Origin: Delftia acidovorans NBRC 14950
GTDB taxonomy: Bacteria > Pseudomonadota > Gammaproteobacteria > Burkholderiales > Burkholderiaceae_C
Reading direction: 5' to 3'
Length of the DNA: 32,000 bases
Assembly (NCBI RefSeq): GCF_001598795.1
Contig: NZ_BCZP01000022.1
Coordinates: forward strand, 30,001 to 62,000
Shown in pieces: positions 14,345-22,036 of this stretch (positions are counted from its first letter, which is position 1; every line of letters begins with the position of its first letter). The notes under the pieces are model-generated. The model made no database searches, had not been told where the DNA came from, and saw only the letters and a program-made list of their open reading frames with translations. The position numbers were made by a program, and so were the translations under genes.

Positions 14345-16017
14345 GCGGCCTCTCCCAGCGGCTGGCCGCGCCACTGGACATGGCACACGCGCACGGGAAT
14401 GCCGTGCTCGGCACAGTACTGCAGCCAGCGGATCTGGTTGTCCTGCAGCTTGTCGCCGGGGGCCTTGGCCTCGACCAGTTCGTAGCGGCGCTCGGCCGGC
14501 CAGAAACGCACCAGATCGGGAAAGCCCGTGCGGTTGGCCTGCACGTCGCGCAGCAGCCGCGCAAAGAACAGCTTGAGGTGGGCGGCCGGAATGCAGTCCA
14601 GCGCCAGCGCCAGCAGCGGCGCGCTCAGCGTGCCCCAGAACACGAAGGGCGACTGCAGACCCTGCTTGTCGGCATGGCGCTGCACGATGACCTCGCGCCA
14701 GCTGCCATCGTCCAGATGCGCCAGGCATTCCTCGAACAAGGCTGCGCGGCGCTGCACGAAGTCGGGCGCGGACAGGTCGGCCGGGCCGCTCTGGAACGGG
14801 TGGAAGAAAGCGCCCGGCAGCGGCGCGAAGATGGCCGGCCAGCACAGCAGGCCGAACAGCGAGTTGATGAGCGCGTTCTCCACGTAGAACACCGGCGCGG
14901 CGTCGCTGTGCCAGTGGTCGCGCAGCACGTACTCGACGGAGCTGGGCCGCGCCGGCAGCTCCAGCTCCACGTCCATGCGCATCTGCGCCACCACGGGCGC
15001 CAGCGCCGCCGCACGCCCGCGCGCGCCCTGCCCCAGGCTGCGGCGCAGGCGCGGCAGCATGCGCGCCACGCGCTGCAGCTCCTCGTCGCTCTCGGGCTGG
15101 GCCTGGGCGGCCTGGGCCAGCGCCATGGCATCGGCAAAGCGCTCCATGCGCTCGTACACGCGCATGCGCCGGTGGCGGGCGCCGGGGTAGCGGCTTTGCG
15201 CATAGGCCTGCTCGGCACGCTCCCAGTCCTGCATGCGCTCGCAGGCCTGGCCTATGCGCAGCAGCACCTTGGCGCGGCGCTGCTCCAGCCAGGCATTGCC
15301 GCTGGCGCAGCCGGCCACCTGCTGCAGCAGCGCATCGATCTCCACGCCCTCATCCAGCGCCGCGCGGCAGGCCTGCAGGGCCAGGTAGCCATCGACATCG
15401 GCACGCGACTGGAAGGCCCGCGACGCCGCATCGAAGGCCACGGCCTCGTAGCGGAACACGCCCAGGTCGGCCAGCACGAATTCCGACCAGTCCTGGTAGA
15501 GATTGCCGAAGAACATCAGCCGAAAGCGCTCGCACAGCGCGCCCACCATCACGCGCCAGGCGGCTTCGCCGGCTGCGACGCCCTGGGGCTGCCACTGCGC
15601 ATAGGGCCTGGGCGCCTCATGCAGGGGCTGCAGGGCCTGCAAAAGCTCGGCCTTGCGCAGGCCTGAATGAATGGGTGCGCCTGCGAACAGCTGCAGCAGC
15701 TCGGGCTTGGTGTGCAGCGCAAACAGCTCCTCCAGCGCCATGGGGTGGCCCGCGTCCAGCCAGCCCAGCTCCAGCAGGGGCGCGGCTGCCTCGGCAATGC
15801 CGGGGATCTCTTCGTACACCAGCTTGCCGGCCCGAAACCACGGCCCGCGCCGCATCAGCAAACGCACCATCAGCGCCCGCGAGGGCTGGGGCAGCTGCGT
15901 GAACCGGGTGAGGAATGCCTGCTCGGGCGCGTCCAGCAGATCGCCGTAACGCTGGCCAATCCAGTCCAGCGCACGCTGGAAGTTGTGCAAGTAGTAGAAG
16001 CGGTGGGGAGGGAGCAT
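14341..16017 (-). CDS. FAN1-like VRR-NUC domain nuclease (bacterial Fanconi-associated nuclease 1 homolog type), 558 aa
   Basis: The C-terminus ..GFPDLVRFWPAERRYELVEAKAPGDKLQDNQIRWLQYCAEHGIPVRVCHV carries the VRR-NUC PD-(D/E)XK motif (PD...E-x-K). A long helical, TPR-like middle region and the N-terminus MLPPHRFYYLHNFQRALDWI fit the roughly 560-aa bacterial FAN1 architecture. Confidence 0.85.
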   Translation of the reverse strand: MLPPHRFYYLHNFQRALDWIGQRYGDLLDAPEQAFLTRFTQLPQPSRALMVRLLMRRGPWFRAGKLVYEEIPGIAEAAAPLLELGWLDAGHPMALEELFALHTKPELLQLFAGAPIHSGLRKAELLQALQPLHEAPRPYAQWQPQGVAAGEAAWRVMVGALCERFRLMFFGNLYQDWSEFVLADLGVFRYEAVAFDAASRAFQSRADVDGYLALQACRAALDEGVEIDALLQQVAGCASGNAWLEQRRAKVLLRIGQACERMQDWERAEQAYAQSRYPGARHRRMRVYERMERFADAMALAQAAQAQPESDEELQRVARMLPRLRRSLGQGARGRAAALAPVVAQMRMDVELELPARPSSVEYVLRDHWHSDAAPVFYVENALINSLFGLLCWPAIFAPLPGAFFHPFQSGPADLSAPDFVQRRAALFEECLAHLDDGSWREVIVQRHADKQGLQSPFVFWGTLSAPLLALALDCIPAAHLKLFFARLLRDVQANRTGFPDLVRFWPAERRYELVEAKAPGDKLQDNQIRWLQYCAEHGIPVRVCHVQWRGQPLGEAA

Positions 16018-16052
16018 GGGCCTGGCAGATCGGGCAGCCAGGCCGCTCGAAA

Positions 16053-16070
16053 ACTGTATCTTTATACAGT
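16053..16070 (-). promoter_or_regulatory. LexA (SOS) box upstream of the FAN1-like/helicase operon, overlapping a candidate sigma70 promoter
   Basis: aCTGTatctttatACAGt is an exact CTGT-N8-ACAG with an AT-rich spacer, 36 nt upstream of the ATG at 16017. On the minus strand, TTGATA (16081-16076), a 17-nt spacer and TACAGT (16058-16053) form a plausible -35/-10, with the -10 inside the box. Confidence 0.7.
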
Positions 16071-16126
16071 CATCATATCAAACCCGGTAGTGCTCACTTC
16101 GCGCAACGGACTTGCCCCGGGCAGGC

Positions 16127-16939
16127 TCATCCGGCCAGGAAGCCGCCATCGGTCGCCAGGCAGTGCCCGACCACAAAGGCCGCCTCGTCCGACATCAGCC
16201 AGACGACGGCCGTGGCCACCTCCTGCGGATGGCCCATGCGCCGCAGCGGCAGGCCCGCCGCCACGGCATGCATGTCGGCAATGCCCGAGCCCAGCATCAT
16301 GTCCGTGACCACGCGACCAGGGGCAACGGCGTTGATGCGGATGCCGCGCGGCGCGTACTCCATGGCGGCGGCGCGGGTCAGCGACAGGGCCGCCGCCTTG
16401 GAGGCGCCGTACAGCGACAGGCCCGGGTTGGGATTGCGTATGCCGCTGACGCTGGTGTTGTTCACGATGGTGCCGCCGCCCGCGGCCAGCATGGCCGCCA
16501 GTTCATGGCGCATGGCGTGGAAGACCGCACGCACATTCGTGTCGAAGACCTGGGAGAAGACCGCGTCATCCTGCTCGGCCAGCGCGGCGCGCCGCTCCTG
16601 GAAGCCCGCATTGTTGAAGGCCGCGTCCAGCCGCCCGAAGCGCGCCACGGCCTGCTCCACCACCGCCGCCATGTCCTCCTGCCGCGTTGCATCGCAGGCC
16701 AGGAAAAGGCCGTCCGCCCCCTGCTGTCGGATTTCCTGCTCCAGCTGCAGGCCCAGCTCACGGCGGCGCCCCGTGACCACCACGGCGGCAGCGCCCTCCT
16801 CGGCCATGCGCAGGGCGGTGGCCCGGCCTATGCCGCTGGTGGCGCCCACCACCAGGCAGACACGCCCCCGGAGCCGCCCCGATGGTGCAAGGGCCGGCAG
16901 GGGGCCGGCCAGTTCCAACTGACGCTGCTGCATGTCCAT
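16127..16939 (-). CDS. SDR family NAD(P)-dependent oxidoreductase
   Basis: Cofactor motif VVGATSGIGRA, NNAG, and catalytic S...YGASKAA (Y-x3-K). The ATG MDMQQRQ at 16939 has GAAGGA about 9 nt upstream. The ORF-track start at 17110 overlaps the upstream hydrolase gene. Confidence 0.9.
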   Translation of the reverse strand: MDMQQRQLELAGPLPALAPSGRLRGRVCLVVGATSGIGRATALRMAEEGAAAVVVTGRRRELGLQLEQEIRQQGADGLFLACDATRQEDMAAVVEQAVARFGRLDAAFNNAGFQERRAALAEQDDAVFSQVFDTNVRAVFHAMRHELAAMLAAGGGTIVNNTSVSGIRNPNPGLSLYGASKAAALSLTRAAAMEYAPRGIRINAVAPGRVVTDMMLGSGIADMHAVAAGLPLRRMGHPQEVATAVVWLMSDEAAFVVGHCLATDGGFLAG

Positions 16940-16951
16940 GGCGATGTTCCT

Positions 16952-16986
16952 TCGCAATTTGGTTGCATGGTACAACCAAATTGCGA
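16952..16986. promoter_or_regulatory. Perfect 14-7-14 inverted repeat between the hydrolase and SDR genes (operator or RNA hairpin candidate)
   Basis: tcgcaatttggttg (16952-16965), catggta, caaccaaattgcga (16973-16986). It is AT-rich for this genome and abuts the SDR Shine-Dalgarno sequence on the minus strand. No T-tract follows, so it is not a classic terminator. Confidence 0.4.
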
Positions 16987-17021
16987 AACATGCCAGACAG
17001 CCAAACGCGCGTGTTCCCCGC

Positions 17022-18881
17022 CTAGACCGCCACCACCGGCAGCACGATGCGCGAGGCATGGCAGCCGCCCAGGTGCACGCTGTTGACCGCCACCTGCCTG
17101 GGCCCCGCACTGCCCTCAGGCGCGCCTGTGTTGGGGTTCACGTCGAAGCGCGGGAAGTTGCTGCTGGAGATGTCCAGGCGGATGCGGTGGCCCTTGCGGA
17201 ACAGGTTGGAGGTGGGCATGGGCTCGATGGTGATGGAGACCACCTCGCCGGGAGTCATCAGCTCGGGCTGCTCCCATGAGTTGCGGTAGCGGCAGCGCAG
17301 GATGCCGTCGGTGATGTTCATCGCATAGCCCTGCGGATGGTCGGCGCTGGGCGGGTACTGGTCGATGAGCTTGGCGGTGAAGTCTGTGTCGGGCGCGGAC
17401 GAGGACACCTGCAGCTCGATGGTGATGGTGCCCGTGACCTCCAGGTCTTGCTGCAGCGGCTCGGTCTGGAACACCAGCACGTCGCCGCGCTCGGACAGCG
17501 GGCCGTAGGGCGGGCGGGCGGCGAAGGTGTTCTCTTGCGTGACCTGGTCGTAGGCGCCTGCGAACATCAGCGGCTCGCCCGAGGTGATGGAGCCGCCCCG
17601 GGTGGGTACGGGGCAGGCCGGGTCGAAGCGGTAGCTGCGCACGCCCGGCTGCGGCGCGGGCTCGCGGGCCAGCCTGCCGTCGGCGTGCAGGTGCCAGGCC
17701 GTGGCCTGCGTGCCGGGCACGGGCCAGTGGTCGGCGCTGCGCCAGGCCCCGCCGTGGTCCAGCCGGCCCTGGGCCGTGCGCGCGCCCGATCCGCCGCCCA
17801 TGCGGAAGTAGCGCACGGCGGCTTGCTGGCGCGCGGGCATGGGTCGGCCCTTGAGCCAGTGGTCGAACCAGGCCAGGCGCATGGCCACGTAGTCGTCGGC
17901 CAGCGCGCCGTCGAGCACGGCATCGGGCCCGAAATCCACATCGCCCGCATGCGGGACGCTGCGCTCGCCATGGGTCCAGGGGCCCAGCACCATGCGGACC
18001 CGGCCATCGCCGCGCGACAGGCCCAGGTAGTTGTCCGTGGTGGTCTGCGCATACGGGTCCCACCAGCCGCACATCAGCATCACGGCCAGGCCGTCGAAGG
18101 CGCCGTAGTGGCCGGCGGCGTACAGCTCGGGCTGGCGCCAGTAGTCGTCAAAGCTGCCGCGCTCCCACTGGCTGAACAGGTAGTCCTCGTACTCGGGCGC
18201 CCACTGCAGCGGCGAGTCGCCGCGCGACCAGGGCAGGCGCAGGCACCACTGGCCGATGTCGGCCTGCTCCAGTGCCTGGCGCGCTGCGGGCTCCAGGTGG
18301 TTGCTGCCGCTGCGCGCATTGCGCAGGGCCCAGACGGCCTGCTTCAGCTCGAAGGCACCGCCATGGCGTATGCCGCCTCGGTAGGCATTCGCAAAGCCGC
18401 CGCATTCCAGGAACATGGCCTTGAGGCCCGGCGGCCTTTGCGTGGCCAGCGCAGTCTGCGTGTGCGCGGCGTAGGACAGGCCGTAGGTGCCCACGCTGCC
18501 GTTGCACCAGGGCTGCTCCATGATCCATTGCAGGGTGTCGGCGCCATCGTGGGCCTCGCCCAGGTATTTGGTGAACTGGCCTTCGGAGCCGAAGCGGCCC
18601 CGGCAGTCCTGCACGACCACGGCATAGCCTTCGCGCGCAAAGCGGGCCGCCACCTCGCCGCGGCGCATGGGAAGGGGGTTGGCCGCGCTGCGCTCGCGGC
18701 GCGTTTCCTCGTTCTTGCCGTAGGGCGTGCGCTCCAGCAGCACGGGCAGCGGGCCGGGATGGTGGGGGTCGAGGTTCTCGGGCAGATACAGGTCGGTGGC
18801 CAGGCGCACGCCGTCGCGCATGGGCACAACGAGGCTATGGCGGACCACGCCGCCCAGGTGGGTGATTGATGTGTGGCTCAT
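17022..18881 (-). CDS. CocE/NonD family hydrolase (X-Pro dipeptidyl-peptidase S15-like alpha/beta hydrolase), 619 aa
   Basis: ..VPMRDGVRLATDLYLP....PLPVLLERTPYGK......GYAVVVQDCRGRFGSEG.F......DG.DT..W...QPWCNGSVGTYGLSYAA.TQ.. is the family signature, including the nucleophile motif G-x-S-Y. The C-terminal beta-sandwich domain is ..GHRIRLDISSSNFPRFD.NPNTG. Confidence 0.9.
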   Translation of the reverse strand: MSHTSITHLGGVVRHSLVVPMRDGVRLATDLYLPENLDPHHPGPLPVLLERTPYGKNEETRRERSAANPLPMRRGEVAARFAREGYAVVVQDCRGRFGSEGQFTKYLGEAHDGADTLQWIMEQPWCNGSVGTYGLSYAAHTQTALATQRPPGLKAMFLECGGFANAYRGGIRHGGAFELKQAVWALRNARSGSNHLEPAARQALEQADIGQWCLRLPWSRGDSPLQWAPEYEDYLFSQWERGSFDDYWRQPELYAAGHYGAFDGLAVMLMCGWWDPYAQTTTDNYLGLSRGDGRVRMVLGPWTHGERSVPHAGDVDFGPDAVLDGALADDYVAMRLAWFDHWLKGRPMPARQQAAVRYFRMGGGSGARTAQGRLDHGGAWRSADHWPVPGTQATAWHLHADGRLAREPAPQPGVRSYRFDPACPVPTRGGSITSGEPLMFAGAYDQVTQENTFAARPPYGPLSERGDVLVFQTEPLQQDLEVTGTITIELQVSSSAPDTDFTAKLIDQYPPSADHPQGYAMNITDGILRCRYRNSWEQPELMTPGEVVSITIEPMPTSNLFRKGHRIRLDISSSNFPRFDVNPNTGAPEGSAGPRQVAVNSVHLGGCHASRIVLPVVAV

Positions 18882-18892
18882 GCTGCTGGCGC

Positions 18893-19870
18893 TCAGTCGA
18901 GCTTGAGGTTGCGTTCCTTGACCAGCTTGGCCCAGCGCGCCGTGTCTTCCTGCATGAAGCGCGCCAGCTCCTGGGGCGTGGTGGGCGCGGGCTCGGCGCC
19001 CTGCGCCTCCAGCAACCTGGCCACTTCACGGTCCTGCAGCGAGCGCACCAGCGCGGCATTGACCTTGGCCACCACCGCAGGCGGTGTGCCGGTGGGCGCG
19101 AACAGGGCATACCAGATGTCGTATTCGAAGTCCTTGACGCCCGCCTCGGCCATGGTGGGCACCTGCGGCAGGGCACGCGAGCGCGTGGCGCTGGCCACGG
19201 CCAGCGGCGTGAGCTTGCCGGCCTTGATCTGCAGCACCACGCTGGGCACGGCATTGATGCCCAGCTGCACATGGCCGCCCACCAGTTCGTTGACGGCGGG
19301 CGCGCCGCCCTTGTAGGGAATCTGCAGCATGCGCGTGCCCGTGGCGGCCTGGAACATTTCCATGGACAGATGGCCTGGCGTGCCGTTGCCGCTGGAGCTG
19401 TAGTTCAGCGCACCGGGGTTCTTGCGCGCCAGCGCCACCAGCTCCTGCACGGTGCTCACATTGAGGCTGGGGTGCGTGGTGAGGATGGGCACGTTGATCA
19501 GCACACGCCCCACGGGCACGAAGTCGCGCGAGGGGTTGTAGGACAGCTTGCTGGACAGCAGCGGCGCCGTCACCATGCCCGAGCCCGCGCCCAGCAGCAG
19601 GGTGTAGCCATCGGCCGGCGCGGAGGACACCAGCTGAAAGCCATGCACGCCGGGGCGGTTGTCGATGACCACGGGCTGGCGCCACAGCTCGGACATCTTG
19701 CGGGCCACCACGCGCATGGCGGCATCGGCTGCGGCACCGGCGGGGAATGGCACGACGATGCGCACGGGCTTTTCCGGGAATTCGGCCGCATGGCCGGGCA
19801 AGGGCGCCAGGCCCAGCGCAAGGCCCAGTGCCAGGAAAGCCAAGGACAGGAAGCGTTGGAAGTGGGTCAT
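18893..19870 (-). CDS. Bug-family (TctC-like) tripartite tricarboxylate transporter substrate-binding protein
   Basis: Signal peptide, then FPEKPVRIVVPFPAGAAADAAMRVVARKMSELWRQPVVIDNRPGVHG...ADGYTLLL... has the canonical Bug/TctC N-terminal pattern. The ATG at 19870 (MTHFQRF) has GGAGA upstream. Confidence 0.9.
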   Translation of the reverse strand: MTHFQRFLSLAFLALGLALGLAPLPGHAAEFPEKPVRIVVPFPAGAAADAAMRVVARKMSELWRQPVVIDNRPGVHGFQLVSSAPADGYTLLLGAGSGMVTAPLLSSKLSYNPSRDFVPVGRVLINVPILTTHPSLNVSTVQELVALARKNPGALNYSSSGNGTPGHLSMEMFQAATGTRMLQIPYKGGAPAVNELVGGHVQLGINAVPSVVLQIKAGKLTPLAVASATRSRALPQVPTMAEAGVKDFEYDIWYALFAPTGTPPAVVAKVNAALVRSLQDREVARLLEAQGAEPAPTTPQELARFMQEDTARWAKLVKERNLKLD

Positions 19871-19906
19871 GGGAATCTCCATTCTTGATGCGGGTGTGCA
19901 GGACGG

Positions 19907-20923
19907 TCAGAAGTCATGGCGCACGCCCGCGCCGATGGCGCGCACGGCCACGTTGGGGCGGCTGGAGTCCACGCCGTCGTGGTCCACGAAGGCCTGCAGT
20001 TCGGTGCGCTTGGACAGCGCATAGGTATAGGCCAGCTGCTGGCGCCTGCGCTTGCCGGTCAGCGAGGTCTGCACGTCGCGCTGCATCAGGTTGAGCACCA
20101 CGGCGTGTGCGCCATGGCGCAGCCGCGTGCCAAGCATCCAGTAGTCCACGTCGGCGCGCGAGACGCCGGGCTTGTGGTTGAAGCGGTCGCGGCCCAGCAG
20201 CACATAGGGCTCGATGGCACCAAAGCTGTAGCGCAGTCCCATCTGCCATTTGCTGTCGAACTCGTTGGCCAGCAGGCCCCCGGCGCGCGTGTCCTTGGCG
20301 TAGCCCAGGCCGGCCGTCCACGGGCCTGCGGCGTAGCTCAGGCCCAGGTCCAGCGATCTGGCGTCGTCCTCCAGCCCTGGGGCCTTGGCATCGCCGCGCA
20401 GGTAGTAGCGCGCACGGAACACCGTGCCGCCCCATGACGGGCTTTGGTAGCCCAGCGAATTGGAGGTGCGGTTGCGCGCATTGAGCATGGAGGTGCCGAT
20501 GGCCGTGGCCCCGGCGTCATTGGCCGCGAACGAGGTGATGCCCGTGACCTGCGAGTACAGCGGCGAGCCCGTGGGATTGGCCGAGTCCAGCCGGCCCAGG
20601 GCCACCGTGCCCAGGCTGCCGCGCAGTGCCACGTAGCTGTTGCGAAAGGCCGGCGTGGTCAGCAAGCCCGTGTCCGCATCCAGCCCCATCTCCATGCCGA
20701 ACAGCGCCTGCAGGCCGCCGCCCAGCTCCTCCTTGCCGCGAAAGCCCAGGCGCGAGGCGTTGTCGCGCTCTTCCATGGTGGAGCCGGCATTGCCGGTCTT
20801 GAGGTGGTTCACGGTCAGCCGGATCTGGCCGTAGACCTGCATGTCCTGCGCATGCGCAATCGGGTGGCCCAGGGCCGCGATGGACAGGCTGCAGACGGCG
20901 GCAATGCTTGGCAGGGCCTTCAT
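19907..20923 (-). CDS. Outer-membrane porin (Gram-negative general porin family)
   Basis: Signal peptide MKALPSIAAVCSLSIAALGHPIAHA. Then ..VYGQIRLTVNHLKTG......SRLGFRGKEELGGGLQALFGMEMGLDADTG.. and a C-terminal ..AGVRHDF with terminal Phe. AAGGAG SD upstream. Confidence 0.85.
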   Translation of the reverse strand: MKALPSIAAVCSLSIAALGHPIAHAQDMQVYGQIRLTVNHLKTGNAGSTMEERDNASRLGFRGKEELGGGLQALFGMEMGLDADTGLLTTPAFRNSYVALRGSLGTVALGRLDSANPTGSPLYSQVTGITSFAANDAGATAIGTSMLNARNRTSNSLGYQSPSWGGTVFRARYYLRGDAKAPGLEDDARSLDLGLSYAAGPWTAGLGYAKDTRAGGLLANEFDSKWQMGLRYSFGAIEPYVLLGRDRFNHKPGVSRADVDYWMLGTRLRHGAHAVVLNLMQRDVQTSLTGKRRRQQLAYTYALSKRTELQAFVDHDGVDSSRPNVAVRAIGAGVRHDF

Positions 20924-21088
20924 GGAATCTTGCTCCTTGTGTTGTGCGTGTTCTGACGCCGCCGATTCTCAGGAGCCCCCGCATCCACCACAACGGTATG
21001 ACGGACGCGTATTACCCTATGCGATTCGTGATGCGCCGTGCGCGCCCCCGGCCGCGCTGCCATCATGCAAGCACCGCCTGTACAACCC

Positions 21089-22015
21089 ATGAATTTCAAG
21101 CAACTCGAAGCCTTCCAGGCCATCATGCTCAGCGGCTCCACCACGGGTGCGGCCGAGCGCCTGGGGCTGTCCCAGCCCGGCATCAGCCGCCTGCTGGCCC
21201 AGCTGGAGCAGGACCTGGGCCTGCGGCTTTTCATCCGCGAAAAAGGCCGCCTGGTGCCCACGCAGGAGGCCGAGGCCCTGCTGCACGACGCCCAGGTGCT
21301 CATGGATTCGGCCCAGTGCTTTCGCCGCCATGCCGAGCAGTTGCGGCTGGGCGGCTTCAAGCGCCGGCTGCTCAAGGTGGCCGTGCCCGGCACCCTGGCC
21401 ACCTCGCTGATGCCGGCCATTGCCCACCAGTTCATGCAGGCGCATCCCGACGTGGTGCTGGAAGTGCTGTCGGGCTCCTATACCGAGACCGAGCGGGCCC
21501 TGCTGAGCCGCGACGCCGACATCGGCCTGGTGCGCCTGCCCATGACCATGCCCGGCCTGCGCACGCGGGCCTGCCTGGAGTCCGAGGCCGTCTGCATCAT
21601 GCCCAAAGGCCATGCGCTGCAGGCGTTGGACGAGGTGACGCCGTCAGATCTGGTGGACGCCCCGCTGATCCTGCTGGGCCGCCAGCGCGAGATCCGCCAG
21701 GAGATCGACATGGCCTTTCGCCATGCGCGCGTGCAGCCGCGCGTGGCCGTGGAGGTGCATTCCGTGGGCGAGGCCTGCGCCCATGTGGCGCAGGGCCTGG
21801 GCGTGTCCATGGTCAACGGCCTGCTGGCCAGCTACTGCCAGCCCGGCGCCCTGTCCAGCCGCCCGTTCAGGCCGCGCATCCGCTACCAGCTGGCCATTGC
21901 CTCGCTGGAGGCGGCGGTGCCGTCGCCCCTGCAGGACACACTGATCGCCCTGCTGGTCCAGGCCATCGTGGCCACCGGGCATGCCGCCCCGGTGGGCGAC
22001 ATGCCGAAGGCCTGA
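21089..22015 (+). CDS. LysR family transcriptional regulator, divergent from the porin-led cluster
   Basis: MNFKQLEAFQAIMLSGSTTGAAERLGLSQPGISRLLAQLEQDLGLRLFIREKGRLVPTQEAEAL is a LysR HTH domain. A LysR substrate-binding domain follows. The start is chosen at the canonical MNFKQL rather than the ORF-track start at 21038. Confidence 0.9.
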   Translation: MNFKQLEAFQAIMLSGSTTGAAERLGLSQPGISRLLAQLEQDLGLRLFIREKGRLVPTQEAEALLHDAQVLMDSAQCFRRHAEQLRLGGFKRRLLKVAVPGTLATSLMPAIAHQFMQAHPDVVLEVLSGSYTETERALLSRDADIGLVRLPMTMPGLRTRACLESEAVCIMPKGHALQALDEVTPSDLVDAPLILLGRQREIRQEIDMAFRHARVQPRVAVEVHSVGEACAHVAQGLGVSMVNGLLASYCQPGALSSRPFRPRIRYQLAIASLEAAVPSPLQDTLIALLVQAIVATGHAAPVGDMPKA

Positions 22016-22036
22016 TGCCCCGGTGATGCCGGCCGC

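Noticed and set aside
12809-14485. 558-aa plus-strand ORF antisense to the helicase. Similar long antisense or alternative-frame ORFs occur at 6615..7550, 7499..8302, 8290..9147, 9184..10419, 14380..15666, 15915..17086, 17337..18869, 18866..19888, 23026..24057, 24136..25062, 25059..26631, 26663..27806, 27549..28691, 28717..29970 and 30912..31817.
   Set aside because: All mirror a gene with clear family signatures on the other strand or in another frame. All show the Arg/Gly/Ala/His/Gln-rich bias typical of spurious ORFs in roughly 70% GC DNA, and none has recognisable motifs.
14345-14845. N-terminal 167 codons of the 951-aa ORF (11990..14845) as part of the helicase
   Set aside because: This stretch overlaps the well-supported FAN1-like gene in another frame and is Arg/Ala/Pro-rich junk. 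The GTG at 14344 gives a GTGA stop/start overlap and begins right at the conserved SYTVAVRALCEF nuclease module.
20908-22026. 372-aa plus-strand ORF spanning the porin/LysR intergenic region and the LysR gene in another frame
   Set aside because: It is Pro/Arg/Gly/Ala-rich with no domain. The overlapping frame gives a textbook LysR HTH starting at MNFKQLEAF (21089).
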